Shown here one piece after another: positions 10,260 to 20,045 of a DNA stretch of 35,605 nucleotides (positions are counted from its first letter, which is position 1; every line of letters starts with the position of its first letter). Source of the stretch: Prochlorococcus sp. AG-686-P16 (GTDB taxonomy: Bacteria; Cyanobacteriota; Cyanobacteriia; PCC-6307; Cyanobiaceae); contig QCVY01000001.1 in assembly GCA_003208695.1 (NCBI GenBank), positions 1 to 35,605 of the forward strand, in the 5' to 3' direction. Below the pieces are notes generated by a model. The model was given only the letters and a program-made list of their open reading frames with translations, was not told where the DNA came from and did no database searches. Both the position numbers and the translations under genes were made by a program.

Positions 10260-11648
10260 TTGATGCAGAAGAAGAAAAAAAGAATAAAAAGAGCTTTTTC
10301 TTATTTTAAAAAGTCAAATTTAGGTTTGATAAATAGAATTATAAGAATTCTGAGTTGGCTATTGCCAGGGTTAGTAATCAAAAGATGGATGATAACGTCT
10401 GCTGTTGGATTATTAACTTCTTTATTAGGTATTGCAATCTGGACTAATTTAAGACCTCTTTATTGGTCAATAGAAGTCTTTTTCTCGATAATGAACGTGG
10501 TAACAAAAATTTTGCCTATTTCAGTTTTAGGACCATTAATCTTTGTGTTTGGGCTTCTCTTGATTGGTATTGGGCAAAATAGAAGTATTAATTCTATACA
10601 AAAAGCTCTTGTTCCAGAAAAAAATACATTTTTAGTAGATGCACTAAGAGTAAAAAGTAAATTAAAAAGAGGCCCAAATATTGTTGCTATTGGAGGAGGA
10701 ACTGGCCTGTCAACTTTATTGAAAGGCCTAAAAACCTACAGCAGTAATATAACTGCAATAGTTACCGTTTCAGATGATGGAGGTAGTAGCGGGGTTTTAA
10801 GAAAACAATTAGGAGTTCAACCACCTGGAGATATAAGAAATTGCCTGGCAGCCTTATCAAATGAGGAACCCATTTTAACAAGATTATTTCAATACAGATT
10901 CTCCGGAGGAAGTGGATTAGAGGGACATAGTTTTGGTAATTTATTTTTATCTGCTTTAACAACAATTACAGGCAGTTTAGAAAAGGCGGTGCAGGCCTCT
11001 AGCAAAGTTTTAGCAGTACAAGGGCAAGTATTGCCAGCAACAAATACTGATGTAATGCTTTGGGCAGAACTTGAAAATGGTGAGAAAATATTTGGTGAAA
11101 GTAAAATAAGTCAATCTAAAAATTTGATTTCCAGGATTGGTTATATTCCCGAAAATCCTCCAGCTCTTCCTAGTGCTCTTGAATCTATTAAAGAAGCAGA
11201 CCTAATAGTACTTGGTCCAGGGAGTCTTTATACCTCTTTGCTACCTAATTTATTGGTCCCCGAAATTGTAGATGCTCTTCTAGAAAGTAATGCTCCAAAG
11301 ATATATATAAGTAATTTGATGACTCAGCCAGGGGAAACTGATGGTCTTGACGTGTATCAGCACATCAAAGCAATTGAAAAGCAATTATCAAATTTTGGTG
11401 TTAAAACTCGAATATTTAATGCGATACTTTCTCAAATTCAATTTGAAAAGTCACCGCTTGTTGATTATTACCAAAGTAGAGGAGCCGTACCAGTGGTTTG
11501 TAATAAAGAAGAATTAATTTCAAAAGGATATTATGTTTTGCAAGCCCCTCTGTATTCAAGAAGGATAACCCCAACACTTAGGCATGACCCTCGCAGACTT
11601 GCACGGGCAGTAATGTTTATTAATAAAAAGTTGAAGAAATTAAATTAA
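10260..11648 (+). CDS. YvcK/GlmR (gluconeogenesis factor, CofD-like) family protein with N-terminal membrane region
   Basis: IGGGTGLS, VTVSDDGGSSG, PPGDIRNC, GHSFGNL, GPGSLYTS and NLMTQPGET. Confidence 0.92.
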   Translation: MMQKKKKRIKRAFSYFKKSNLGLINRIIRILSWLLPGLVIKRWMITSAVGLLTSLLGIAIWTNLRPLYWSIEVFFSIMNVVTKILPISVLGPLIFVFGLLLIGIGQNRSINSIQKALVPEKNTFLVDALRVKSKLKRGPNIVAIGGGTGLSTLLKGLKTYSSNITAIVTVSDDGGSSGVLRKQLGVQPPGDIRNCLAALSNEEPILTRLFQYRFSGGSGLEGHSFGNLFLSALTTITGSLEKAVQASSKVLAVQGQVLPATNTDVMLWAELENGEKIFGESKISQSKNLISRIGYIPENPPALPSALESIKEADLIVLGPGSLYTSLLPNLLVPEIVDALLESNAPKIYISNLMTQPGETDGLDVYQHIKAIEKQLSNFGVKTRIFNAILSQIQFEKSPLVDYYQSRGAVPVVCNKEELISKGYYVLQAPLYSRRITPTLRHDPRRLARAVMFINKKLKKLN

Positions 11649-11657
11649 TAATTTTAG

Positions 11658-12188
11658 CTAATAAGCATCTTGTAATTCATAGAAGTCAGGTTGTATATAA
11701 TCTTTTCTTAATGGCCACCCTCTCCAGTCTTCTGGCATTAAAAGTCTTGTTGGATTTGGATGATCAGCAAAGTTGATCCCAAACATGTCATAAGTTTCTC
11801 TTTCTTGCCAATCACTTCCCTTGAAAATTTTATAGAGGCTAGGTACAGATAAATCTGAATCTCTATTTAAAAAAACTTTTACTCTAATTTCTTTAAACTC
11901 TTTTAAATCTTGAATATCCCCAAGTGAGATTAAATGGTAAAAACTTACAAGACATTTTCCTGGCCCTTCATCGTAGCCTCCCTGACATTGAAGGTAATTA
12001 AAGCCATATCCTTTTAAAGTAAATATTGTTTCGTACAATTTTTCTGGTTTTACTGAAAGTATCTCAACACCTATATGATCATTTCCTAAGGATTCGTTTG
12101 TGATTCCATCTTCAGAAAGCTGATTACTTACTATTCCTCTTTGTTCTACAATTTCTTCTGAAGACTCAGGCGAACTATTAATTTCCAT
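11658..12188 (-). CDS. ndhJ: NAD(P)H-quinone oxidoreductase subunit J
   Basis: [23 protein letters not shown] and position in ndhCKJ. Confidence 0.96.
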   Translation of the reverse strand: MEINSSPESSEEIVEQRGIVSNQLSEDGITNESLGNDHIGVEILSVKPEKLYETIFTLKGYGFNYLQCQGGYDEGPGKCLVSFYHLISLGDIQDLKEFKEIRVKVFLNRDSDLSVPSLYKIFKGSDWQERETYDMFGINFADHPNPTRLLMPEDWRGWPLRKDYIQPDFYELQDAY

Positions 12189-12922
12189 TATTTTCTTTCT
12201 TTTTCTAGAGAGTTTGTTTCATATAAATTTTCACTACTTTCTTCTATTTCATTCAGTTTAGAAGATTTAATTGACTTTTCAGATTTTTTATTTAAATACT
12301 CACCAGTATTTTCTGAAAAAACAAGATTCATTTCATGCTCTACAGTTAAATATCTGTGAGTTTGTTCAGATTTACTCCTCTCAAGAATACTTTCATTAGC
12401 AACTTTTTTTCTTAATTTTATAACTGCATCAAAAATAGCTTCTGGTCTAGGGGGACATCCAGGAAGGTACAAATCAACTGGAATTAATTTATCAACTCCT
12501 CTAACTGCTGTTGTTGAGTCTGCACTGAACATTCCACCAGTAATAGTACAAGCACCCATAGCAATGACATATTTTGGTTCTGGCATTTGCTCGTATAATC
12601 TTACCAATGCTGGCGCCATTTTCATCGTGACTGTACCTGCAACAATTAGTAAGTCAGCTTGTCTTGGGGAGCTTCGAGGTACTAAGCCAAATCTATCAAA
12701 GTCAAATCTAGAGCCTATGAGTGCTGCAAATTCTATAAAACAGCAAGCAGTTCCATATAAAAGTGGCCATAGACTACTTAATCTAGCCCAGTTATGAAGA
12801 TCATCTAAACTTGTCATTATAATATTTTCACTCAAATCAGTCGTGACTTGGGGAGCACCAAGAGGATTACAAGTTTCTTCTCTAAGGTCTCTTATTGCTT
12901 TTGGTGAAAGTGAATTGTTCAA
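12188..12922 (-). CDS. ndhK: NAD(P)H-quinone oxidoreductase subunit K
   Basis: [24 protein letters not shown] and PGCPPRPE. Confidence 0.97.
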   Translation of the reverse strand: MNNSLSPKAIRDLREETCNPLGAPQVTTDLSENIIMTSLDDLHNWARLSSLWPLLYGTACCFIEFAALIGSRFDFDRFGLVPRSSPRQADLLIVAGTVTMKMAPALVRLYEQMPEPKYVIAMGACTITGGMFSADSTTAVRGVDKLIPVDLYLPGCPPRPEAIFDAVIKLRKKVANESILERSKSEQTHRYLTVEHEMNLVFSENTGEYLNKKSEKSIKSSKLNEIEESSENLYETNSLEKERK

Positions 12923-12926
12923 TTTT

Positions 12927-13289
12927 TTAACTCCATTCTAAAGCTCCTTTCCTCCAGGCGTAAGCTAGAGCAATTACTAATATTGCAATAAATATTAAAG
13001 CCTCAATAAATGCTAGTAAACCTAGTCTATTGAATGCAACCGCCCAAGGATAAAGAAACACTGTTTCTACATCAAATATAACGAATACTAATGCAAACAT
13101 GTAATATCTGATGTTGAATTGAATCCAAGCCCCCCCGATAGGCTCCATCCCTGATTCGTAGGTAAGTTTTCTCTCTCCGGTCCTTCCTTTTGGAGAAACT
13201 ATGAGGTTAGTAATTAAAGCTAAAATTGGAACTGCTGCAGCAATTATTAAAAAACCTAAAAAATATTCGTAGCCGGGTAGTGAAAACAT
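12927..13289 (-). CDS. ndhC: NAD(P)H-quinone oxidoreductase subunit 3
   Basis: [19 protein letters not shown] and WRKGALEWS. Confidence 0.97.
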   Translation of the reverse strand: MFSLPGYEYFLGFLIIAAAVPILALITNLIVSPKGRTGERKLTYESGMEPIGGAWIQFNIRYYMFALVFVIFDVETVFLYPWAVAFNRLGLLAFIEALIFIAILVIALAYAWRKGALEWS

Positions 13290-13361
13290 TTAAAAAAATT
13301 GTTGGAAAATTCGCTTAATTTAGTAAAATCTTTTAGAGTCTTTAAAGTTAAATACTAAATC

Positions 13362-13790
13362 GTGAGTGAAAACATTCAACCATCTTCTGAGGATAATCAA
13401 ATAGTTGAGGATTTAGCAAATGAAAAATCTTCTGAAAAAATTTTAGAATTCAATAATAAAGAACTTATTACTAATTTAGAACAAAATAGATTCGAATGTA
13501 GAAGTTGTGGATATATTTATGATCCTATCGAAGGGAACAAGAAACTTAACATACCTAAAAATACCCCTTTTTCAGTAATAGATGGGAACACTTTTGCTTG
13601 TCCAGTCTGTAGAGCTGGTAAAAATTTATATAAAGATATAGGACCAAGAGAAAAACCTAGTGGTTTTGAAGAGAATTTAACTTATGGTTTTGGATTCAAT
13701 AGTTTGCCACCTGGGCAGAAAAATATTTTAATATTTGGTGGTTTAGCATTTGCAGCTGCATGTTTCCTTTCTTTGTACTCTTTGCACTAA
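13362..13790 (+). CDS. rubA: Membrane-anchored rubredoxin
   Basis: CRSCGYIYDP...CPVC plus a C-terminal TM helix; conserved position upstream of ycf48-psbEFLJ. Confidence 0.92.
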   Translation: MSENIQPSSEDNQIVEDLANEKSSEKILEFNNKELITNLEQNRFECRSCGYIYDPIEGNKKLNIPKNTPFSVIDGNTFACPVCRAGKNLYKDIGPREKPSGFEENLTYGFGFNSLPPGQKNILIFGGLAFAAACFLSLYSLH

Positions 13791-13799
13791 AATATATCC

Positions 13800-14813
13800 A
13801 TGAAAAATTTTTTAACTAGCATTCCAAACCTTCTTTTAACATTTACACTTTGCTTTATTTTAAGCAGTTGTTCTTCAACAGGTGTAAAAATGAGCGAGAG
13901 TAGTCCCTGGGAAACAATTCAATTTGAAGATCAGTCAAATGCATTAGATATAGACTTCATAGATAATAATCATGGATTTTTAGTCGGCTCAAATAGACTA
14001 ATTATGGAATCTAATGATGGAGGAAAATCATGGGAAAAAAGATCGTTAGATATTGCTGCGGAAGAGAATTTTCGTTTACTTGATATAGATTTTAAGGGTT
14101 CTGAAGGTTGGTTGATAGGACAACCCTCATTAGTAATGCATACGATTGATGAAGGAAAGAATTGGACAAGGCTATCTCTTGGTAAGTTGCCTGGTCAGCC
14201 TTTTTTAGTCTCAACTGTTGATGATGGGGCTGCTGAATTGGCAACAACCTCAGCTGCTATTTATACAACTTCAAATAGTGGTGAAACATGGGAGGCCAAG
14301 GTATCAGACCCTTCCGAGCAGGGAGGCATTAGAGATTTAAGAAGAACATCTAATGGAGATTATGTAAGTGTAAGTAGTCTTGGTAATTTTTTCTCTACTC
14401 TTGAAAGTGGAAGTGATACTTGGATAGCTCATCAAAGAGCGAGTAGTAAGAGAGTACAAGGGATAGGATTTAATCCAAACGGTAATTTATGGATGTTATC
14501 TCGAGGTGCTGAGATAAGATTTAATGAGGATAGTAATGATCTAGAAAGTTGGACTAAACCAATAGTTCCAATTCTGAATGGCTACAACTATTTAGATATG
14601 GGTTGGGACCCTGAAGGAAATATCTGGGCCGGCGGTGGTAATGGGACTTTGATAGTTAGTAAAGATGATGGTAAAACATGGGATTCTGATCCTGTTGCTT
14701 CAAATTTGCCAACTAACTTTATCAAGATTCAATTCTTAGAAAAAGATGAATTAGATGCTAAAAAAGGCTTTATTCTTGGAGAAAGGGGTTATATCTTGAG
14801 GTATAACGGTTGA
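13800..14813 (+). CDS. ycf48: PSII assembly factor Ycf48/HCF136
   Basis: Lipobox LSSC, repeated Asp-box motifs ([16 protein letters not shown]), VSSLGNF and synteny. Confidence 0.95.
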   Translation: MKNFLTSIPNLLLTFTLCFILSSCSSTGVKMSESSPWETIQFEDQSNALDIDFIDNNHGFLVGSNRLIMESNDGGKSWEKRSLDIAAEENFRLLDIDFKGSEGWLIGQPSLVMHTIDEGKNWTRLSLGKLPGQPFLVSTVDDGAAELATTSAAIYTTSNSGETWEAKVSDPSEQGGIRDLRRTSNGDYVSVSSLGNFFSTLESGSDTWIAHQRASSKRVQGIGFNPNGNLWMLSRGAEIRFNEDSNDLESWTKPIVPILNGYNYLDMGWDPEGNIWAGGGNGTLIVSKDDGKTWDSDPVASNLPTNFIKIQFLEKDELDAKKGFILGERGYILRYNG

Positions 14814-14944
14814 GTTTAAAAAATAAAAAAATAAAAAAATCCTTAAATTTCTTTAAATTTAACAACTGTCTGTAACCAAGCTGTAAAATTCTCCACAAAC
14901 TTAGGATTTTTCCTTGTAAGATCAAAAGGTAAATAATTGAGATT

Positions 14945-15193
14945 ATGGCCGCAGGTTCAACGGGTGAACGCCCATTCTTTGAAATAATTACCAGCATAAG
15001 ATACTGGATTATTCATGCAGTAACACTTCCAGCTATTTTTATAGCAGGTTTCCTATTCGTTTATACAGGTTTAGCATATGATGCTTTTGGCACTCCACGT
15101 CCGGATAGTTATTTCCAGGCTTCTGAATCAAAAGCACCTGTTGTAACACAAAGATATGACGCTAAATCTCAATTAGATTTAAGAACAAAATAA
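14945..15193 (+). CDS. psbE: Cytochrome b559 alpha subunit
   Basis: GSTGERPF...[11 protein letters not shown]...DAFGTPRP. Confidence 0.98.
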   Translation: MAAGSTGERPFFEIITSIRYWIIHAVTLPAIFIAGFLFVYTGLAYDAFGTPRPDSYFQASESKAPVVTQRYDAKSQLDLRTK

Positions 15194-15195
15194 CT

Positions 15196-15339
15196 ATGTC
15201 AAATTCTCAAGCCCCAATGCAGGCTGTCGAAGTCCGCGTTTATCCTATTTTCACCATACGTTGGCTAGCAGTTCATGCTCTTGCAATTCCTTCAGTATTT
15301 TTCTTAGGTGCCATAGCAGCTATGCAATTCCTCCGTTAA
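15196..15339 (+). CDS. psbF: Cytochrome b559 beta subunit
   Basis: Manual translation [47 protein letters not shown] (47 aa). Not in the ORF track. Confidence 0.97.
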   Translation: MSNSQAPMQAVEVRVYPIFTIRWLAVHALAIPSVFFLGAIAAMQFLR

Positions 15340-15350
15340 AGTAATTAATC

Positions 15351-15470
15351 ATGCAAGTAAACGAAAATCCGAATAAAGTTCCTGTTGAACTTAATCGCAC
15401 AAGTCTATATCTAGGCTTATTAGCAGTGTTTGTTTTGGGAATTTTATTTTCCAGTTACTTTTTCAATTAA
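15351..15470 (+). CDS. psbL: PSII protein L
   Basis: Manual translation [39 protein letters not shown] (39 aa). Confidence 0.97.
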   Translation: MQVNENPNKVPVELNRTSLYLGLLAVFVLGILFSSYFFN

Positions 15471-15480
15471 ATAAAAAATT

Positions 15481-15675
15481 ATGAGTAAATTAAAAGGGCC
15501 TGATGGCCGAATTCCTGATAGATTACCTGATGGCAGACCAGCCGTTGCTTGGGAAAGAAGGTGGACAGAGGGAACTCTACCTCTTTGGCTAGTTGCTACA
15601 GCTGGTGGAATAGCAGTTATTTTCGTACTAGGTATATTTTTCTACGGTTCATACCAAGGAGTAGGTGCAGGCTAA
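15481..15675 (+). CDS. psbJ: PSII protein J
   Basis: [13 protein letters not shown]...[10 protein letters not shown]; last gene of psbEFLJ; carries an N-terminal extension. Confidence 0.95.
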   Translation: MSKLKGPDGRIPDRLPDGRPAVAWERRWTEGTLPLWLVATAGGIAVIFVLGIFFYGSYQGVGAG

Positions 15676-15708
15676 ATCGGTTATTACTTTTTAGCTATTC
15701 AGTATTAC

Positions 15709-16608
15709 TTAGATCCAATATGGATCCGTAAATATCTTTAATTTTTCTTTTGTAAAATTAGGGATATTTTCTTTTTGGGTTATTAAACCATCCTTCAAAG
15801 AAAAGTGAGAGTTGCTTTCAGGTCTCACTTTGTCTATAACTTTCGCTATTTCAAAGACAATTTTATTAGCAACTTTATTATTAGCTCTGAGATTTTCCAA
15901 AACCATCTCTACTGATACTTCCTGATGAGTTTGATGCCAGCAATCGTAATCAGTAACCATAGATAATGAAGAATAAGCTATCTCAGCTTCTTTAGCTAAT
16001 CTTGCTTCAGTGTGATTAGTCATACCTATTATTGAACAACCCCAACTTCTATATAAATTAGATTCTGCTCTTGTGGAAAAAGCGGGCCCCTCCATAGCAA
16101 GATATATTCCTCCTCTATGTAATTGTCTTCCCCCTGGGATATTTTTTTCTCCAACATTGCTTAAAATTGCTGATAAATTCAGACAGAAAGGATCCCCCAT
16201 CGTTACGTGAGCTACTGCTCCTTCATTAAAAAATGTTGCAGGTCTTTTATGAGTCCTATCAATAAATTGATCTGGAATAACAATATCAAGGGGCCGGATT
16301 TGTTCTTGAAGGGAGCCAACTGCTGATGGCGCGATTATCCACCTTACACCAATTGATCGAAGAGCCCAAATGTTTGCTTTGTAAGGTACTTCTGTAGGAT
16401 TTAGCCTATGTGTTCTACCGTGCCTTGCTATAAAAGCAATTTCTAAGTTGCCAATTTTAAAAAGCCTAATTGAATCAGAAGGTTTACCATAAGGTGTATC
16501 GATCTCTATTTCTTCATGACATTCTATTTTGTCAATTGAATAGAAACCACTCCCACCAATCACTCCTAATCTTGATTCTTTAATTGGTAATAAATGCTCT
16601 TTATTCAT
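15709..16608 (-). CDS. mtnP: S-methyl-5'-thioadenosine phosphorylase
   Basis: GVIGGSG, TPYGKPS, RHGRTH, EGPAFSTRAES, GMTNHTEARLAKE and VTDYDCW. Confidence 0.95.
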   Translation of the reverse strand: MNKEHLLPIKESRLGVIGGSGFYSIDKIECHEEIEIDTPYGKPSDSIRLFKIGNLEIAFIARHGRTHRLNPTEVPYKANIWALRSIGVRWIIAPSAVGSLQEQIRPLDIVIPDQFIDRTHKRPATFFNEGAVAHVTMGDPFCLNLSAILSNVGEKNIPGGRQLHRGGIYLAMEGPAFSTRAESNLYRSWGCSIIGMTNHTEARLAKEAEIAYSSLSMVTDYDCWHQTHQEVSVEMVLENLRANNKVANKIVFEIAKVIDKVRPESNSHFSLKDGLITQKENIPNFTKEKLKIFTDPYWI

Positions 16609-16612
16609 TGAA

Positions 16613-18787
16613 ATGCAAATGACTATTAATCATCTGGTACTAATTGGAGGAGGACATACAAATGTTCTTTTGATGAGAAAATGGTTGATGTATCCGAAAC
16701 TAATGCCAGAAATTCCTATCTCAATTATATCCAGAGATACGGATTTAGTTTATTCGGCGATGTTCCCTTCTGTTATTTCTAAATCAATTTCTTTAGATGA
16801 TAGCTTAATCGACATAAGATCTTTAGCCAAAAAGGTAAGAATATCTTTCATTAAAAATGAAGTAACAAATATTGATTTTTACTTAAAAAAAATTTCTTTA
16901 AAAAATAGGCCATCAATTGATTACTCAAAATTAGTACTTAACTACGGAAGTCAAACCAAAATTTCAGAAGAATTTAAAGATTTAGTCAACAAACAAATTG
17001 CCTTCCCTATTAAACCTTTTTTTAAAGCTTATGAGTTAATTAAAAAAGAAGATAAGTATGATTCTGAAACGGAACAATCTTTTGTTATTGTTGGCAGTGG
17101 ACTTGCCGCAATTGAAGTTGCGTTTGCCCTGAGAAAAAGATGGGGGAAAAGATCTTTAAAGATTCTTTGTAAATCAAATAAGGTAGATTATAAAGTCTTA
17201 AAAAGTTTTTACATATCGAATATAGAAGTAGTTGGAAAACTTCCTGTTGATTATGGAAAGATTCTATTATGTACAGGAAATTCATCACCACATTGGGTAC
17301 AAAAATATAATTCAGAATTGGATCCAAAAGGAAGATTTTTAACAACTCAGAAATTAAGGTTGAAAAGTTTTTTAGGCACTTTTGCAACTGGTGATTGCGC
17401 AGTCATAGAAAGCTCTAAGAGACCTTCCTCTGGGATATTGGCAGTAAAAGTTTTAAATATATTGGCAACTAATATTTTGAAGGAAATAAAAGGTGAATCA
17501 TTAAAAAAATGGTCTCCTCAAAAATTTGGATTGCAAATAGTAAATTCTTATCCGAGAAAGCTTCCCAAAGCTTTTGCTTTTTATGGAGATGTTGTTATTG
17601 GGCCTTCTTTTCTTATTTGGTACCTTAAAAATAAAATTGATGAAGGTTTCATCAAGAAATTTCGTGTTTTAGATTCGAATATGAATCAAAAAGTCAAAGA
17701 AGATGAGATGGAAGATTGTAGAGGATGTGCAGCTAAAATTCCTCAAAGTATTTTAAATGAAACCCTAAGAAGTGCTCAACTTGAAAATTTTGCAACTTCT
17801 CCTGAGGATTCTGTTGAAATTTATAAAAATAATCAAGATATTATTCTTCAAAGTGTTGATGGATTTCCGGCATTAATAAGTGATCCTTGGCTAAATGCAA
17901 AAATTACTGTGCTGCATGCTTGCTCAGATTTATGGGCTTGCGGAGTAAAACTTTCATCTGTGCAGGCCTTAATATCTCTTCCAAAAGTAGGAAAAGATTT
18001 TCAAAGCTACCTTTTTTCTCAGTGTTTAAAAGGGATAAAAACAGCAGTTGAAGAACAAGGGGGTCAGTTAATTGGAGGCCATACATTTGAGTCAAGAAGT
18101 TTAGTTGATCAACCTTATTCTTTAGGAATAGATATTTCCTTAACTGTTCAGGGAGTTTTGAAAAACGGAGCAAAACCATGGTTCAAATCCGGTATGCAAA
18201 AAGGAGATATTATCCTAATGTCAAGACCTCTAGGCGTAGGGATTTTTTTTGCTGCTCAAATGCAAAATATTAATCTGAAAGATAGTTCAGAGGAGATCAT
18301 GAGAAATTTAGTTACAAGTCAGCAACCATTGATTGAAAAAATTTATTTGCTTCAAGATAAGTATGGAGAAACATTTATAAATGCAGCTACTGATGTAACT
18401 GGCTATGGATTTATAGGGCACCTTAAAGAGATGATTGATTCATCTAATTTATTAAGGAAAGATAATAACCTTGATCCTATTAGGGTCTTATTAGATTTAT
18501 TGGCATTTAAAGCTTATCCAGGAGTATTTGATTTGATACATAAAGGGATCAAAAGTTCTCTGTTTGAATCAAATAAAGAAATATTTGATCAAATTATTTC
18601 AGAAAAACGTAATAACAGAATTATCTCATTTTCAAAAACAAATAAAGTTAATATTTACAGCTTTAAAGAAAGAATCTCATTATTATTAGATCCACAAACT
18701 TGTGGACCGCTTTTGATAAGCTGTGATCCTAAGTATGAAAGTTTTTTAAAGGATGAATGGTATAAGGTCGGAGAAGTAATAAATTGA
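16613..18787 (+). CDS. selD: Selenide, water dikinase (SelD) fused to an N-terminal FAD/NAD pyridine nucleotide-disulfide oxidoreductase-like domain
   Basis: N-terminal LVLIGGGHT, IVGSGLAAIE and FATGDC. C-terminal CRGCAAK, SVDGF, SDLWACG, GGHT, TDVTGYGFIGHL and DPQTCGPLL. The start may be the ATG at 16619. Confidence 0.88.
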   Translation: MQMTINHLVLIGGGHTNVLLMRKWLMYPKLMPEIPISIISRDTDLVYSAMFPSVISKSISLDDSLIDIRSLAKKVRISFIKNEVTNIDFYLKKISLKNRPSIDYSKLVLNYGSQTKISEEFKDLVNKQIAFPIKPFFKAYELIKKEDKYDSETEQSFVIVGSGLAAIEVAFALRKRWGKRSLKILCKSNKVDYKVLKSFYISNIEVVGKLPVDYGKILLCTGNSSPHWVQKYNSELDPKGRFLTTQKLRLKSFLGTFATGDCAVIESSKRPSSGILAVKVLNILATNILKEIKGESLKKWSPQKFGLQIVNSYPRKLPKAFAFYGDVVIGPSFLIWYLKNKIDEGFIKKFRVLDSNMNQKVKEDEMEDCRGCAAKIPQSILNETLRSAQLENFATSPEDSVEIYKNNQDIILQSVDGFPALISDPWLNAKITVLHACSDLWACGVKLSSVQALISLPKVGKDFQSYLFSQCLKGIKTAVEEQGGQLIGGHTFESRSLVDQPYSLGIDISLTVQGVLKNGAKPWFKSGMQKGDIILMSRPLGVGIFFAAQMQNINLKDSSEEIMRNLVTSQQPLIEKIYLLQDKYGETFINAATDVTGYGFIGHLKEMIDSSNLLRKDNNLDPIRVLLDLLAFKAYPGVFDLIHKGIKSSLFESNKEIFDQIISEKRNNRIISFSKTNKVNIYSFKERISLLLDPQTCGPLLISCDPKYESFLKDEWYKVGEVIN

Positions 18788-18790
18788 TAG

Positions 18791-20038
18791 TCATTTCTTT
18801 TTGATCTTATCAATCTCTATATATCTCAACCTTTTAATTTCATCCCCCATTAGTTTTCCCGGTTGCCATCCTTCACTTTTTAAAAATTCTCCACTTTTCT
18901 TTGACTTAATAAATTTATAAATAAAAAGCCATTTAAAAAATGATTTCCAAAATGAACCCCCATTGCAAATTAATAATTTCACGGTTTCTACATCTAAATT
19001 TTTTGTTTCAATAAATTCAGTCCAATTAGAGGGGGTCAAATAGAGAAATTTTTCTTTTTCATTTTCTAATTGATTTGTGATATTTAGGTACTCTTTGAGA
19101 ATTTTCTTTTCCTTGCTATTAATAAAAAATCTTTTACAAGTAAGCTCTAAATTTTCTGAATTTTTTAATAGGTATAAAATATAATTACCCTTTAGTTTTT
19201 TAATCCACTTTAAACCCCTTAAAAATTTATTATTAATACTAATATTTTTATTTAGAATAGAAATAATTTCCCAATCATCTAATAAAGAAATTATTTCTGC
19301 CAGATTATCGTATTTGTATATTTCTGATAATTCCATCCTAATTCTTATACTTATTCCAGGCGGAAATCTAGATTTAATATCATCATTCATAATGTCCCAT
19401 GGCCATCTCTGGACAATCCTTTGAGATTGTTGTAGTGATTTAGTTGAAATTCTGAAACCTAATCTTGATGCATATCTTGCGCATCTTATTAATCTACTAG
19501 GATCATCTTGAATACTATTTTCATGTAGCAAATGTAATTCTTTTTCTTGTATATGTTTTATACCATTAAATAAATCATAAATTTCTTGCTTTGAGAATTC
19601 AAAAGCTATTGCATTTATACTAAAATCTCTTCTTTTTAAATCCTCTTCAATATTCGCATGTTTTACGATTGGATTTAACCCAGGAGCTTCATAATTTTCT
19701 TGTCTTGCAGAAGCTATATCAATTTTTAAATCATTAATATTTAGTTCTACAGTGTCGTATATTTCAAATTCTTTTATCAAACAAAGTTCGACATTTGAGA
19801 TATTTTTTTTAATGAATTTTGCTAAATCAACTGAAGATCCTTCTGTAACTATATCAATATCCAGTGGGTTGAAAAAAGTCTTTTTATGAATTTTAGTGAT
19901 TAATAAGTCTCTAATATAGCCACCCACAATTGCAACTTTAACGCCATTATTTAATTCAATATACTCAGAAATTATATTAAATAAATTAAAAGGAATTTTT
20001 AATATTGCTGAATTTATATAAGCAGAAATATCATTCAT
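18791..20038 (-). CDS. Class II tRNA nucleotidyltransferase (probably A-adding type)
   Basis: VGGYIRDLL, DIDI, ARQENY..PG.NP, EDLKRRDFSINA and DDPSRLIR. Confidence 0.88.
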   Translation of the reverse strand: MNDISAYINSAILKIPFNLFNIISEYIELNNGVKVAIVGGYIRDLLITKIHKKTFFNPLDIDIVTEGSSVDLAKFIKKNISNVELCLIKEFEIYDTVELNINDLKIDIASARQENYEAPGLNPIVKHANIEEDLKRRDFSINAIAFEFSKQEIYDLFNGIKHIQEKELHLLHENSIQDDPSRLIRCARYASRLGFRISTKSLQQSQRIVQRWPWDIMNDDIKSRFPPGISIRIRMELSEIYKYDNLAEIISLLDDWEIISILNKNISINNKFLRGLKWIKKLKGNYILYLLKNSENLELTCKRFFINSKEKKILKEYLNITNQLENEKEKFLYLTPSNWTEFIETKNLDVETVKLLICNGGSFWKSFFKWLFIYKFIKSKKSGEFLKSEGWQPGKLMGDEIKRLRYIEIDKIKKK

Positions 20039-20045
20039 GCAAATT

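Noticed and set aside
17716-17740. Possible selenocysteine recoding in selD
   Set aside because: Both Cys codons of CRGCAAK are TGT and the frame has no internal TGA.
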